Shown in pieces: positions 9,664 to 17,927 of a stretch of DNA of 34,869 nucleotides (positions are counted from its first letter, which is position 1; every line of letters starts with the position of its first letter). Origin of the DNA: a bacterium. GTDB lineage: Bacteria; Patescibacteriota; Patescibacteriia; Patescibacteriales; UBA12465. A program made the position numbers and the translations under genes. Where the stretch lies: contig DAOOQF010000002.1 in assembly GCA_035388665.1 (NCBI GenBank), positions 1-34,869 on the forward strand, in the 5' to 3' direction. A model generated the notes under the pieces. It had not been told where the DNA came from, did no database searches, and was given only the letters and a program-made list of their open reading frames with translations.

Positions 9664-10593
9664 ATGTTAATTGATCTACAACTTCATTCAATATATTCTG
9701 ATGGGTATTTAACTCCTATTGAATTAGTAAAGTTTGCCAAAGAAAGGCAGGCTAAGGTTATTGCTTTAACCGATCATAACACTACGGCCGGTCTTGAAGA
9801 ATTTAGAGAAGCAGCTAAAAAGAAAAACATAAAAACAATTACTGGACTAGAATTATACGTAAAATATAAAAGTAAGAAGATGAATCTTCTTTGGTATAAT
9901 TTTGACGAAAATAATTCAAAGTTACAAAAATTATTAGAAGATACTAGGCGTCGTCGTCTTTCTTCGGCTAGAAGAATGTTAATGAAATTAAAGAAAATTG
10001 GTTACAAGATAGAGGTAGAGCAGATTTTATCTAGTTTTGATAATTATATTCCGGTTAATCGTTTAGGGGATAAAGTTATTGAAAATAAATATAATTATAA
10101 TCTAATTGTTAAAAAAGTTAAGAAAAAGATACCCAAAAAAACTAGATTAATTTTACCATTAAGAGAGGAGGAAGTCTTGAGAGAGTTATTTTTTAATAAA
10201 CAATTAGGAATTTTAAGCGAATCCTATATTAACGCTGAAAGATTGTTGAAAATAAAGAAAGAAATTGGTGGACAAATTGTTTTCTGTCATCCTGGCAGGT
10301 ATAATAAGTATGCTAAGAATATGACTGAGAGATTAAAAGTAGCCGGGATAATTGATGGAATTGAAGTTTTGTCTCCCCATCATTCTATAGGGTCAATAAT
10401 GTATTCACAATTCTTATCAGAAAAATTAGACTTGATAGCTACTGGGGGGTCTGATTTTCATCGTTTTGAGGAAAGTGGTTTTTTAATAAATGATGCTTGG
10501 GATTGGTTTAAAATTGATACAAAATATCTGAGACGAGTTGAAGAAATTATAAATTATAAAAAGGATTTTAAAAAATCTAAAAAAGTTGTATAA
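9664..10593 (+). CDS. PHP-domain metal-dependent phosphoesterase (TrpH/YciV, RNase AM-like)
   Basis: 309 aa. IDLQLHSIYSDGYLTPIELVKFAKERQAKVIALTDHNTTAG is the classic PHP N-terminal motif set. Later motifs: CHPGRY and GGSDFH. Confidence 0.8.
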   Translation: MLIDLQLHSIYSDGYLTPIELVKFAKERQAKVIALTDHNTTAGLEEFREAAKKKNIKTITGLELYVKYKSKKMNLLWYNFDENNSKLQKLLEDTRRRRLSSARRMLMKLKKIGYKIEVEQILSSFDNYIPVNRLGDKVIENKYNYNLIVKKVKKKIPKKTRLILPLREEEVLRELFFNKQLGILSESYINAERLLKIKKEIGGQIVFCHPGRYNKYAKNMTERLKVAGIIDGIEVLSPHHSIGSIMYSQFLSEKLDLIATGGSDFHRFEESGFLINDAWDWFKIDTKYLRRVEEIINYKKDFKKSKKVV

Positions 10594-10603
10594 TAGTTTA
10601 CAT

Positions 10604-13057
10604 ATGGTTAGACACAAAAATAATAAAAAACAAGAAGAATCAGAGGAATTAGGGGATAATATTAAACCCGATAATAAAGTAAAAATTAGTATTATTTCAA
10701 TATTAATTTTTGTTTTTGGTTTAATTAGTTTATTGTCTCTATTTTCCTTGTCAGGTAGTTTTGGTAATTTCTTAGATAAAATATTATCATGGGGCTTTGG
10801 TTGGGGGAAATGGTTTTTCCCTGTTTTATTGATAGTTTTAAGCATTGCTCTATATAAAGGTAAAAAGTTTTTTTCTAAAAAAGTTAATTATGTCGGATTG
10901 AGCTTGGTATTTATTTTTGCTGTTTCTTTATTACATTTTTTCTTTAAGACTTCAGTTGTCGCCAAAAATAAAGCTTTGGAGGGCGTTGGAGGTGGATTTT
11001 TAGGGTTTTATTTGTCTTTATTTTTTAAAAACATTTTTGGTTTTTGGGGAGGACTAATAATTATTTTAGCAATCTTAGCTATAGCTATTATATTATTATT
11101 TAACATCACCTTGTCCCATTTAGTTGGATCTAAAAGTTTTGTTTTTAAATTTTTTAATTATTTTTCCAGTGATCGCTCAGAAGAAAATGAAGATAACCCA
11201 ACCGAAGAAGATGAAGTTTTGGATCAAGACGAGGAAATTGATTCTCTGGATATTGAAGAAGAACTAGAATTAGACAATGAGGAGGATGATATTTTATTTA
11301 CAAAGAAAGAAATTGGAAAACGAAATATTTCTGGAAATCAGCTCGATTCTCACGAAGACACTTCTTTTAGAGAAGAAAAGAAAAATCAGAAAATTAATTG
11401 GAAAACAAAAAAAATAAAAATAGATTTACCATTGGAATTGCTAAGTGGAAAAATAAATAAAGCTACTAGTGGGGATATTAATAATAATATTTTAATTATT
11501 CAAAGAACTTTAGAAAATTTTGGAATTTCTGTTGAAATGGGGGAGGTAAATGTTGGCCCAACCGTTACTCAATACACTTTTAAACCGTCAGAAGGTATTA
11601 AGGTGTCTAGAATTACTGCTCTAAGCAATGATTTGTCTTTGGCTTTGGCGGCTCATCCCATTAGAATTGAAGCGCCTATTCCTGGTAAGGCTTTGGTTGG
11701 TATCGAGGTTCCTAATAGAACTAAGGCCATTGTTGGATTGAGAGAGGTTTTAGAGGATAAAGATTTTAAGTCTAGGTCTAGCAATTTAACAGCTGCCTTG
11801 GGAAAGGATGTCTCTGGTAAAAATATTATTTATGATATTGCTAAGATGCCTCATTTATTGGTAGCTGGAGCTACTAATTCGGGAAAATCTGTTTGTTTAA
11901 ATACTATCATTATTAGTTTATTATATCAAAATAATCCTGATGATTTAAGATTTATCATGGTTGATCCTAAAAGAGTAGAACTTCCAGCCTATAACGGAAT
12001 ACCTCATCTTTTAACTCCAGTTATTACGGAAGTTAGTAAAACTATTAATGCTTTAAGATGGTGCTTGAATGAAATGGACCGTCGTTATGAAATATTAAAT
12101 CAGGCTGGCAAAAAGAATATTCAAACTTATAATCAATCTAGTAAGGAAAAGATGCCTTATATTATTTTTGTTATCGATGAATTGGCTGATTTAATGGTGA
12201 CAGCTGCTAAAGATATTGAGGGCAGTGTGATTAGGCTTACTCAAATGTCTAGAGCTGTGGGAATCCATTTAATATTAGCTACTCAAAGACCTAGTGTTGA
12301 TGTTATTACTGGTCTTATCAAAGCTAATACTCCAGCCAGAATTGCCTTCTCGGTAGCCTCGGCTATAGATTCTAAAACAATATTAGATTCCTCTGGAGCG
12401 GAAAAATTATTGGGGAAGGGTGATATGCTTTTTTCGACTGCTGAACTTTCTAAGCCGAAAAGAATTCAAGGTGCTTATGTTGATGATAGCGAAATTTTGT
12501 CTATCACCAATTATATTAAAGATAAATATGGTTCAGCTGATTATTTAGAGGGAATAGTTGAAAGACAAAAGGTTAGTGGCATTGGTGGAGTTGGTTTAGA
12601 TGGCTCTATGGGAGATGAGGATGAATTATTGGAAGAAGCTAAAGAAATAATTGTTGCTGCTGGAAAAGCTTCGACTTCGCTTTTACAAAGAAGACTAAGA
12701 ATTGGATATTCTCGAGCAGCTAGTATTTTAGATATGTTGGAAGAGTCAGGGATAGTTGGTCCTTCTAATGGATCTAAACCTAGAGAAATATTAATCTCTA
12801 AAGAGCAATATGAAAATCAATTAAATAATTCTATGGCAGGAATACCTGTTCATAATAAAAAAGAGGCTAAGGCTCCCGATAATTATCTTTATCAAGAAGA
12901 TGAGAGCCCCTTGGTTTTAGAAAATGAGGAAGAGGAGTTAATTGAAGAAATAGACCAAAATTTAGAGGAAGACGAGGTTGAAGAAAATGATGATAATTCG
13001 TCAGAGCATGAAGGGGTTGATCTAGAAGATGATTTCGGAAAATATTCTTCTAAATAA
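10604..13057 (+). CDS. ftsK: DNA translocase FtsK/SpoIIIE
   Basis: N-terminal TM helices, an acidic linker, motor-domain Walker A VAGATNSGKS, IIFVIDELADLM, ATQRPSVDVITG, and gamma winged helix LLQRRLRIGYSRAASILDMLEESGIVGP. The ORF-track start 10586 is a TTG inside the upstream stop region. I prefer the ATG at 10604 (MVRHKNNKK). Confidence 0.93.
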   Translation: MVRHKNNKKQEESEELGDNIKPDNKVKISIISILIFVFGLISLLSLFSLSGSFGNFLDKILSWGFGWGKWFFPVLLIVLSIALYKGKKFFSKKVNYVGLSLVFIFAVSLLHFFFKTSVVAKNKALEGVGGGFLGFYLSLFFKNIFGFWGGLIIILAILAIAIILLFNITLSHLVGSKSFVFKFFNYFSSDRSEENEDNPTEEDEVLDQDEEIDSLDIEEELELDNEEDDILFTKKEIGKRNISGNQLDSHEDTSFREEKKNQKINWKTKKIKIDLPLELLSGKINKATSGDINNNILIIQRTLENFGISVEMGEVNVGPTVTQYTFKPSEGIKVSRITALSNDLSLALAAHPIRIEAPIPGKALVGIEVPNRTKAIVGLREVLEDKDFKSRSSNLTAALGKDVSGKNIIYDIAKMPHLLVAGATNSGKSVCLNTIIISLLYQNNPDDLRFIMVDPKRVELPAYNGIPHLLTPVITEVSKTINALRWCLNEMDRRYEILNQAGKKNIQTYNQSSKEKMPYIIFVIDELADLMVTAAKDIEGSVIRLTQMSRAVGIHLILATQRPSVDVITGLIKANTPARIAFSVASAIDSKTILDSSGAEKLLGKGDMLFSTAELSKPKRIQGAYVDDSEILSITNYIKDKYGSADYLEGIVERQKVSGIGGVGLDGSMGDEDELLEEAKEIIVAAGKASTSLLQRRLRIGYSRAASILDMLEESGIVGPSNGSKPREILISKEQYENQLNNSMAGIPVHNKKEAKAPDNYLYQEDESPLVLENEEEELIEEIDQNLEEDEVEENDDNSSEHEGVDLEDDFGKYSSK

Positions 13058-13063
13058 TAATAT

Positions 13064-14521
13064 ATGAAAGTTTTTTTATCTTATATAAAAAAAATAATTC
13101 CTAAAAAATTATTTAAAAATATTCAACCAGCTTACCATTATTTTTTGAGCTGGTTGGCTAGTTTGGTTTATGGAAATCCTAGTTCTAAGTTAGTAGTAAT
13201 TGGGATAACTGGCACTTCTGGAAAAACTAGCTCAGTCTATTTAATGGCCAAATCTTTAAATGAGGCTGGCTATAAGGCTGGATATACTTCGACTGCTATG
13301 TTTGGTGACGGAGAGAATGAATGGCTTAATGATAAGAAAATGACCATGGTGGGACCATTTTTTACTCAAAAAATTATAAAGAAGATGGTGAAGAATGGTT
13401 GTCATTATGCCATTGTTGAGACAACTTCTGAGGGGGTTAGACAATTTCGTCATCGATTTATAAATTATGATGTTTTAGTTTTTACTGGACTCTATCCAGA
13501 GCATATTGAATCTCATGGAAGTTTTGAAAATTATAAAAAAGCCAAGGGAGAATTATTTGCTCATTTAAAAAAGTGTCAACCAAAATATTTGAATAATAAT
13601 AATCGAGTTGTTAAGGCTAAAAATAATTTATCTAAAATTGATTTAAATAGAGTTAAGAAAACTTTTGTCATTAATGGAGATGACGAACATTCTTTTTATT
13701 TTTCTTCCTTTTGGGCAGAGAATAAATTTTATTATTTTTCTGGGGTTAGGGATGTTTCTGAAAACTCAGCTATCTTTTTTGACGATATAAAAGTAAGTTT
13801 GTCAGGAACCTCTTTCTCTTTTAGTTATAATGAAAAAGATGTTGATTCTGGTCTTAATAATTTAATGACTAGGGAGATTAATTTAAAGCCTTGGGGGGAA
13901 TTTAATGTTTATAATTCCATGCCAGTGTTGTCGTTACCTTTTGTTTTAGATTTTATTGATTTGGATAAAATAATTAGTAGTTTGGAAAAAATAAAAAGTA
14001 TTCCTGGTAGAATGGAGATGGTTGATGTGGGACAAAACTTCTTGGCTATAGTTGATTATGCCTATGAGCCAGTAGCTATGAAGAAGATGTATGATTTAAT
14101 TTATTTTTTAAAAAATGAATTATCAGATAATGGCTATACTGGCAAAATTATTCATATCTTAGGATCAGCTGGTGGTGGTCGAGATAAGGATCGTCGTGAA
14201 ATTATGGGACGATTGGCTGGGGAGAGGGCTGATTTTGTTATTATAACCAACGAGGATCCCTATGATGATAACCCTTTAGATATTATTAATCAGGTTTCTT
14301 TTGGAAGTAAGGAAGCTGGTAAGCAAGAAGGAATTAATTTATTTAGGATAATGGATAGAAGGGAGGCTATAAAAAAGGCCTTAAAGTTAGTTAAGGAGGG
14401 AGATTTACTTATTATTACTGGCAAAGGTTGCGAACAGGCTATTTGTTTAAGCAATGGAAGAAAACTTCCCTGGGATGATCGTTTAATTCTAAAAGAAGAA
14501 ATAATAAATAATTTGAATTAA
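13064..14521 (+). CDS. murE: Mur ligase, MurE-like (UDP-MurNAc-L-Ala-D-Glu: diamino acid ligase)
   Basis: 485 aa. Motifs: VIGITGTSGKTS, IPGRMEMVDVGQNFLAIVDYAYEP, GSAGGGRDKDRREIMG, ITNEDPYDDNP. The last sits where DAP-specific MurE has the DNPR motif, and the match is not exact. Confidence 0.75.
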   Translation: MKVFLSYIKKIIPKKLFKNIQPAYHYFLSWLASLVYGNPSSKLVVIGITGTSGKTSSVYLMAKSLNEAGYKAGYTSTAMFGDGENEWLNDKKMTMVGPFFTQKIIKKMVKNGCHYAIVETTSEGVRQFRHRFINYDVLVFTGLYPEHIESHGSFENYKKAKGELFAHLKKCQPKYLNNNNRVVKAKNNLSKIDLNRVKKTFVINGDDEHSFYFSSFWAENKFYYFSGVRDVSENSAIFFDDIKVSLSGTSFSFSYNEKDVDSGLNNLMTREINLKPWGEFNVYNSMPVLSLPFVLDFIDLDKIISSLEKIKSIPGRMEMVDVGQNFLAIVDYAYEPVAMKKMYDLIYFLKNELSDNGYTGKIIHILGSAGGGRDKDRREIMGRLAGERADFVIITNEDPYDDNPLDIINQVSFGSKEAGKQEGINLFRIMDRREAIKKALKLVKEGDLLIITGKGCEQAICLSNGRKLPWDDRLILKEEIINNLN

Positions 14522-14530
14522 ATATAATAT

Positions 14531-14730
14531 AAAAATATGAATAAAAAGAAAAAAGGTTTTACTCTGATTGAGCTTTTGGTTGTAATCGCTATTATTGGTA
14601 TTTTGGCAACCTTGGCTGTAGTAGCCTTGCAACAAGCCAGAAAGAATGCCCGTGATGCTAAAAGAATAGCCGATATTAAACAAATGCAAACTGCCCTAGA
14701 ATTATATTTTAATGATTGGCAGGGTTATCC
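14531..14730. repeat. Direct repeat copy A (200 nt, 5' end of pilin 1)
   Basis: Hand alignment with 15049-15248 at an offset of 518 nt. Only 3 mismatches: 14674/15192, 14675/15193, 14725/15243. Similarity collapses immediately after 14730/15248. Confidence 0.9.
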
Positions 14731-14977
14731 AGTTGATGTTATCTCTGGATCTAGTATTTCTAGTGGTACTTCTAATGTTTATATGGCAATTGTTCCTACT
14801 GGTCCATCTCCAGCTGATGGCGATTGCGCCAGCTCATCTTATGAATATAGGCAAGCGGACGATGGAGCCGCATATTATATAGAATTTTGTTTGGGGGGAC
14901 AAACTGGTGGTCTAAGCGCTGGGATAAAATGCGCCACTCCTTTAGGAGTTTTATCTACAACTACTTCTTGTAACTAA
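14537..14977 (+). CDS. Type IV pilin / GspG-like pseudopilin, copy 1
   Basis: 146 aa. Prepilin leader MNKKKKG|[17 protein letters not shown] (Gly-1, Phe+1, Glu+5). GspG-like [13 protein letters not shown]. Four Cys in the C-terminal half. Confidence 0.9.
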   Translation: MNKKKKGFTLIELLVVIAIIGILATLAVVALQQARKNARDAKRIADIKQMQTALELYFNDWQGYPVDVISGSSISSGTSNVYMAIVPTGPSPADGDCASSSYEYRQADDGAAYYIEFCLGGQTGGLSAGIKCATPLGVLSTTTSCN

Positions 14978-14984
14978 AAAAAGT

Positions 14985-15013
14985 TTGACCATTTTTTGAT
15001 TTTTTTGTATAAT
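14985..15013 (+). promoter_or_regulatory. Sigma70-type promoter for pilin copy 2
   Basis: TTGACC (14985-14990), 17-nt spacer, TATAAT (15008-15013), about 40 nt upstream of the ATG at 15055. Confidence 0.6.
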
Positions 15014-15048
15014 AAAATATAGAATAATCTTTCAATAATAAAATATTA

Positions 15049-15248
15049 AAAAATATGAATAAAAAGAAAAAAGGTTTTACTCTGATTGAGCTTTTGGTTG
15101 TAATCGCTATTATTGGTATTTTGGCAACCTTGGCTGTAGTAGCCTTGCAACAAGCCAGAAAGAATGCCCGTGATGCTAAAAGAATAGCCGACGTTAAACA
15201 AATGCAAACTGCCCTAGAATTATATTTTAATGATTGGCAGGGATATCC
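15049..15248. repeat. Direct repeat copy B (200 nt, 5' end of pilin 2)
   Basis: See copy A. Confidence 0.9.
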
Positions 15249-15504
15249 GCCATCTACTTCAGTAATATCAACTATTGCTAGTGGCACTAATATTTATATG
15301 GCTATTTTGCCTTCTGCTCCTACTCCGGCTGATGGTGATTGTGAAACTGCTAGTAATACTTATGAATATATGGAGGCAGGAGTTGATAATGGATCATATA
15401 TATTGTCTTTTTGTTTGGGTGGTCAAACCGGAGGTTTAGATGCTGGCTCAAAATGTGCAACTCCTGGAGGTGTTATGGACGAAGATTGTTCAGGAGAATT
15501 TTAG
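15055..15504 (+). CDS. Type IV pilin / GspG-like pseudopilin, copy 2
   Basis: 149 aa. The leader and N-terminal 60+ residues are identical to copy 1 except I47V. The C-terminal half has diverged but keeps [26 protein letters not shown]. Confidence 0.9.
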   Translation: MNKKKKGFTLIELLVVIAIIGILATLAVVALQQARKNARDAKRIADVKQMQTALELYFNDWQGYPPSTSVISTIASGTNIYMAILPSAPTPADGDCETASNTYEYMEAGVDNGSYILSFCLGGQTGGLDAGSKCATPGGVMDEDCSGEF

Positions 15505-15530
15505 TCTTACATAAAAAATATTTAGATATA

Positions 15531-15561
15531 AAAAAATCGACTATTATCAGTCGATTTTTTT
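15531..15561. terminator. Bidirectional intrinsic terminator between the pilin genes (+) and the tRNA cluster (-)
   Basis: aaaaaaTCGACT-attatc-AGTCGAttttttt. A 6-bp stem is flanked by an A-run and a T-run and sits between convergent units. Confidence 0.6.
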
Positions 15562-15563
15562 AT

Positions 15564-15639
15564 TGGTGCGCCGTAAAGGATTCGAACCTTTGACCTTCTC
15601 CTTAAGAGGGAGCTGCTCTACCAGCTGAGCTAACAGCGC
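15564..15639 (-). tRNA. tRNA-Lys (anticodon CTT), CCA encoded
   Basis: Reverse complement GCGCTGTTAGCTCAGCTGGTAGAGCAGCTCCCTCTTAAGGAGAAGGTCAAAGGTTCGAATCCTTTACGGCGCACCA folds as a cloverleaf. Anticodon loop is CT-CTT-AA. Confidence 0.9.
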
Positions 15640-15646
15640 TTTTAAG

Positions 15647-15720
15647 TGGCTGGGGAGGGGATCGAACCCTCGACCTTAGCGTTATGAGTGCTACGCTCTA
15701 ACCATCTGAGCTACCCAGCC
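15647..15720 (-). tRNA. tRNA with CAT anticodon (elongator Met, or Ile2 if lysidine-modified), no encoded CCA
   Basis: Reverse complement GGCTGGGTAGCTCAGATGGTTAGAGCGTAGCACTCATAACGCTAAGGTCGAGGGTTCGATCCCCTCCCCAGCCA. G1-C72 is paired and there are no three G-C pairs in the anticodon stem, so it is not an initiator tRNA. Confidence 0.85.
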
Positions 15721-15735
15721 GATATTGAATTGTTT

Positions 15736-15812
15736 TGGTGTGCCCAGCAGGATTTGAACCCACAACCTTCTGGTCCGAAGCCAGATGCTCTATCCAGTTG
15801 AGCTATAGGCAC
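15736..15812 (-). tRNA. tRNA-Arg (anticodon TCG), CCA encoded
   Basis: Reverse complement GTGCCTATAGCTCAACTGGATAGAGCATCTGGCTTCGGACCAGAAGGTTGTGGGTTCAAATCCTGCTGGGCACACCA. Anticodon stem TCTGG/CCAGA, loop CT-TCG-GA. Confidence 0.9.
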
Positions 15813-15840
15813 AACATAAAAATCTTGGTATTTTTATGTT
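15813..15840 (-). terminator. AT-rich hairpin between hup and tRNA-Arg (weak terminator or processing site)
   Basis: Perfect 11-bp inverted repeat aacataaaaat / atttttatgtt with a 6-nt loop. There is no separate U-tract. Confidence 0.3.
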
Positions 15841-15877
15841 TTTTATTATAATTGAAAAAAATATTTTTAGCAACACT

Positions 15878-16186
15878 TTATTTCTTTAGAGCGTCCTTGA
15901 GTTTTTTGCCAGCTTTAAATTTAGCTACCTTAACCGCTGGAATCTTTATTCTTTCTTGAGGATTTCTAGGATTAACACCACCACGGGCATAACGATCCTT
16001 TAGTATAAAAGCTCCAAATCCAGTTAGTTTTACAGTTTGGCCAGACTTAATTCTTTCTATAATAACATCGGTTAATGTTTTGATTATTTCTTCAATTTGT
16101 TTTTTGCCAATTTCAATAGTTTTTTTATTGGCAATTATTTCAGCTAATTCTTTAGGATTAATAAAATTTTTATCTGGCATATTCAA
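15878..16186 (-). CDS. hup: DNA-binding protein HU
   Basis: 102 aa. LTGFGAFILKDRYARGGVNPRNPQERIKIPAVKVAKFKAGKKLKDAL is the HU/IHF arm motif. The start overlaps the rny 3' end; the Met at 16180 is an alternative start. Confidence 0.92.
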   Translation of the reverse strand: MNMPDKNFINPKELAEIIANKKTIEIGKKQIEEIIKTLTDVIIERIKSGQTVKLTGFGAFILKDRYARGGVNPRNPQERIKIPAVKVAKFKAGKKLKDALKK

Positions 16187-17684
16187 TGACTCTTAATTCT
16201 CTTATAATATTAACTTTGATTTCTCCTGGATATTTTAATTCTTGTTCTATTTTTTTAGCAATTTCTCTGGCCATTTCATAAGATTTTAAATCATCTATTT
16301 TTTCTGGAGATATAAATATTCTTACTTCACGTCCAGCTTGAATAGCATAACTTTTTTCAACTCCGTCAAAAGAATTGGCGATTCTTTCTAATTCCTCTAA
16401 ACGATGAATATAATTTTCGTAAGAATCATGGCGAGCTCCTGGTCGAGCTGATGAAATAGCATCGGCTGTCTTTACTATAATTGATAATAGAGTTTTAGGG
16501 TTGTCGTCGTGATGAGTTTCAACTGGAGCAATAATTTCTTCGGGCATATTAAATTTCTTTAAAATGTCTCGACCAATTTCGGTGTGATTTCCTTGTATCT
16601 CATGATCAACGGCCTTGCCAATATCATGTAAAAGACCAGCTTTTTTAGCCATATTAGCATCAGCCCCTAATTCTCGGGCTAACATACCAGACAGATGAGC
16701 TACTTCAATGGAATGTTCTAAAGCATTTTGTCCATAACTAGTTCTGTATTTTAATCTTCCAATAATCTGGGTTAGTTTTGGATCAAATCCGGCTACGCCT
16801 AATTCGTAAACAGCTTCATCTCCAGCTTTTTTAATATCAGTTGAAAGTTCAACCTTGGCTTTAGTAACAGCATCTTCTATTTTAGTAGGGTGAATTCTTC
16901 CGTCTTTAATTAAATATTCTAGAGCTCGTTTAGCTACGTGTCTTCTAATTAGAGAGAACCCTGAAATAGTTATAGCGTTTGGGGTATCGTCAACAATTAT
17001 TTCAACTCCAGTCATTTGTTCAATAGATTTAATATTTCTACCCTCTCTTCCGATAATCCTTCCTTTCATTTCATCACTAGGAAGATCGACAGTAGTAGTT
17101 GTTAGGTCGGCAGTATAATTCGGTGCTAATCTTTGAATGACAAAGGCTAACATATCCATGGCCTTTTCTTTTATTAACTCATCCGATTCATTTTTTAATT
17201 TAGTAATTCTAGCTAAAAGATCCTCGCTATTTTTTTCTTCGATATTTTTTAATAAAATTTCTTTAGCTTGTTCAGGTGTTAATTTTGCAAGATCCTCTAA
17301 TTTTTTGATCTGCTCTTCTTTTATTTCTTTTATTTTTTCTTTAATTTCTTGGACTTCATTAACCTTATCATATAATTTCTGTTGTTTTTCTTCTAGAGCT
17401 AATAATTTTTGAGAAAAAGCAGTTTCTCTTTCTTCTAAACGCCTTTGCAAATTATTAATTTCTTGACGACGGCTTGATTCTTCTTTTTTGGCTTCATCGA
17501 TTATTTTTAGAGCCTTTTCTTGGGCCTCTAATTCATATTTTTTTTGTTTAGTTTTAGCCTCGTTTAATATTTTTTCAGCTTTATTTTCAGCTCCCTCTAT
17601 TTTAGAGGCTGACATTTTTTTATAATACAAATAACCCCCGAAAAAACCGGCAATAGCCAAAGCTACGTAAATAGCATAGTTCAT
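16170..17684 (-). CDS. rny: Ribonuclease Y
   Basis: 504 aa. N-terminal TM helix, long coiled coil, KH domain (GRIIGREGRNIKSIEQMTGVEIIVDD), HD domain (HSIEVAHLSGMLA..LLHDIGKA). Confidence 0.95.
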   Translation of the reverse strand: MNYAIYVALAIAGFFGGYLYYKKMSASKIEGAENKAEKILNEAKTKQKKYELEAQEKALKIIDEAKKEESSRRQEINNLQRRLEERETAFSQKLLALEEKQQKLYDKVNEVQEIKEKIKEIKEEQIKKLEDLAKLTPEQAKEILLKNIEEKNSEDLLARITKLKNESDELIKEKAMDMLAFVIQRLAPNYTADLTTTTVDLPSDEMKGRIIGREGRNIKSIEQMTGVEIIVDDTPNAITISGFSLIRRHVAKRALEYLIKDGRIHPTKIEDAVTKAKVELSTDIKKAGDEAVYELGVAGFDPKLTQIIGRLKYRTSYGQNALEHSIEVAHLSGMLARELGADANMAKKAGLLHDIGKAVDHEIQGNHTEIGRDILKKFNMPEEIIAPVETHHDDNPKTLLSIIVKTADAISSARPGARHDSYENYIHRLEELERIANSFDGVEKSYAIQAGREVRIFISPEKIDDLKSYEMAREIAKKIEQELKYPGEIKVNIIRELRVIEYAR

Positions 17685-17927
17685 ATTTTTTTATTTTGTT
17701 TTTGAGGTTAATAAAACGACAAAATTATGCCAATTTATTTGGCAAAATTTGAGAAATTAGACAAAAAATTCTTTTTTTAGTGTTATTTTTTGAATATTTT
17801 AAGTTTTTATCAAAAGTAGTCATTATAATTATCTCCCAAAAACAGGCTTTAATTTTAAATTATTTTTCGTAATTATAGCTTAACATAAGATTTTTTCTTT
17901 GTAAAGATAAAAAAAGTGGCTATTTTT

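Noticed and set aside
10483-10845. 120-aa minus-strand ORF. Similar antisense or alternative-frame ORFs are 2986-3186, 4126-4326, 5012-5281, 7165-7413, 7587-7790, 13256-13453, 14489-14689, 14961-15287, 15411-15593, 17137-17412, 22572-22949, 22991-23254, 24851-25102, 26669-26869, 27587-27808, 29233-29448, 29736-30251, 31942-32211 and 32559-32771.
   Set aside because: Each is embedded in, or antisense to, a gene with strong family motifs (15411-15593 also runs across a terminator into tRNA-Lys). Their sequences are low-complexity with no recognisable motifs.
14523-14528. TATAAT 9 nt upstream of the first pilin ATG as a promoter for a leaderless pilin mRNA
   Set aside because: No acceptable -35 element lies at 16-18 nt spacing (the TTGAAT at 14513-14518 is only 4 nt away). 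TATAAT-like hexamers are frequent by chance in this AT-rich DNA.
15647-15720. tRNA(CAT) as initiator tRNA-fMet
   Set aside because: It has a paired G1-C72 and lacks the three consecutive G-C pairs in the anticodon stem. It is an elongator Met or Ile2 tRNA.
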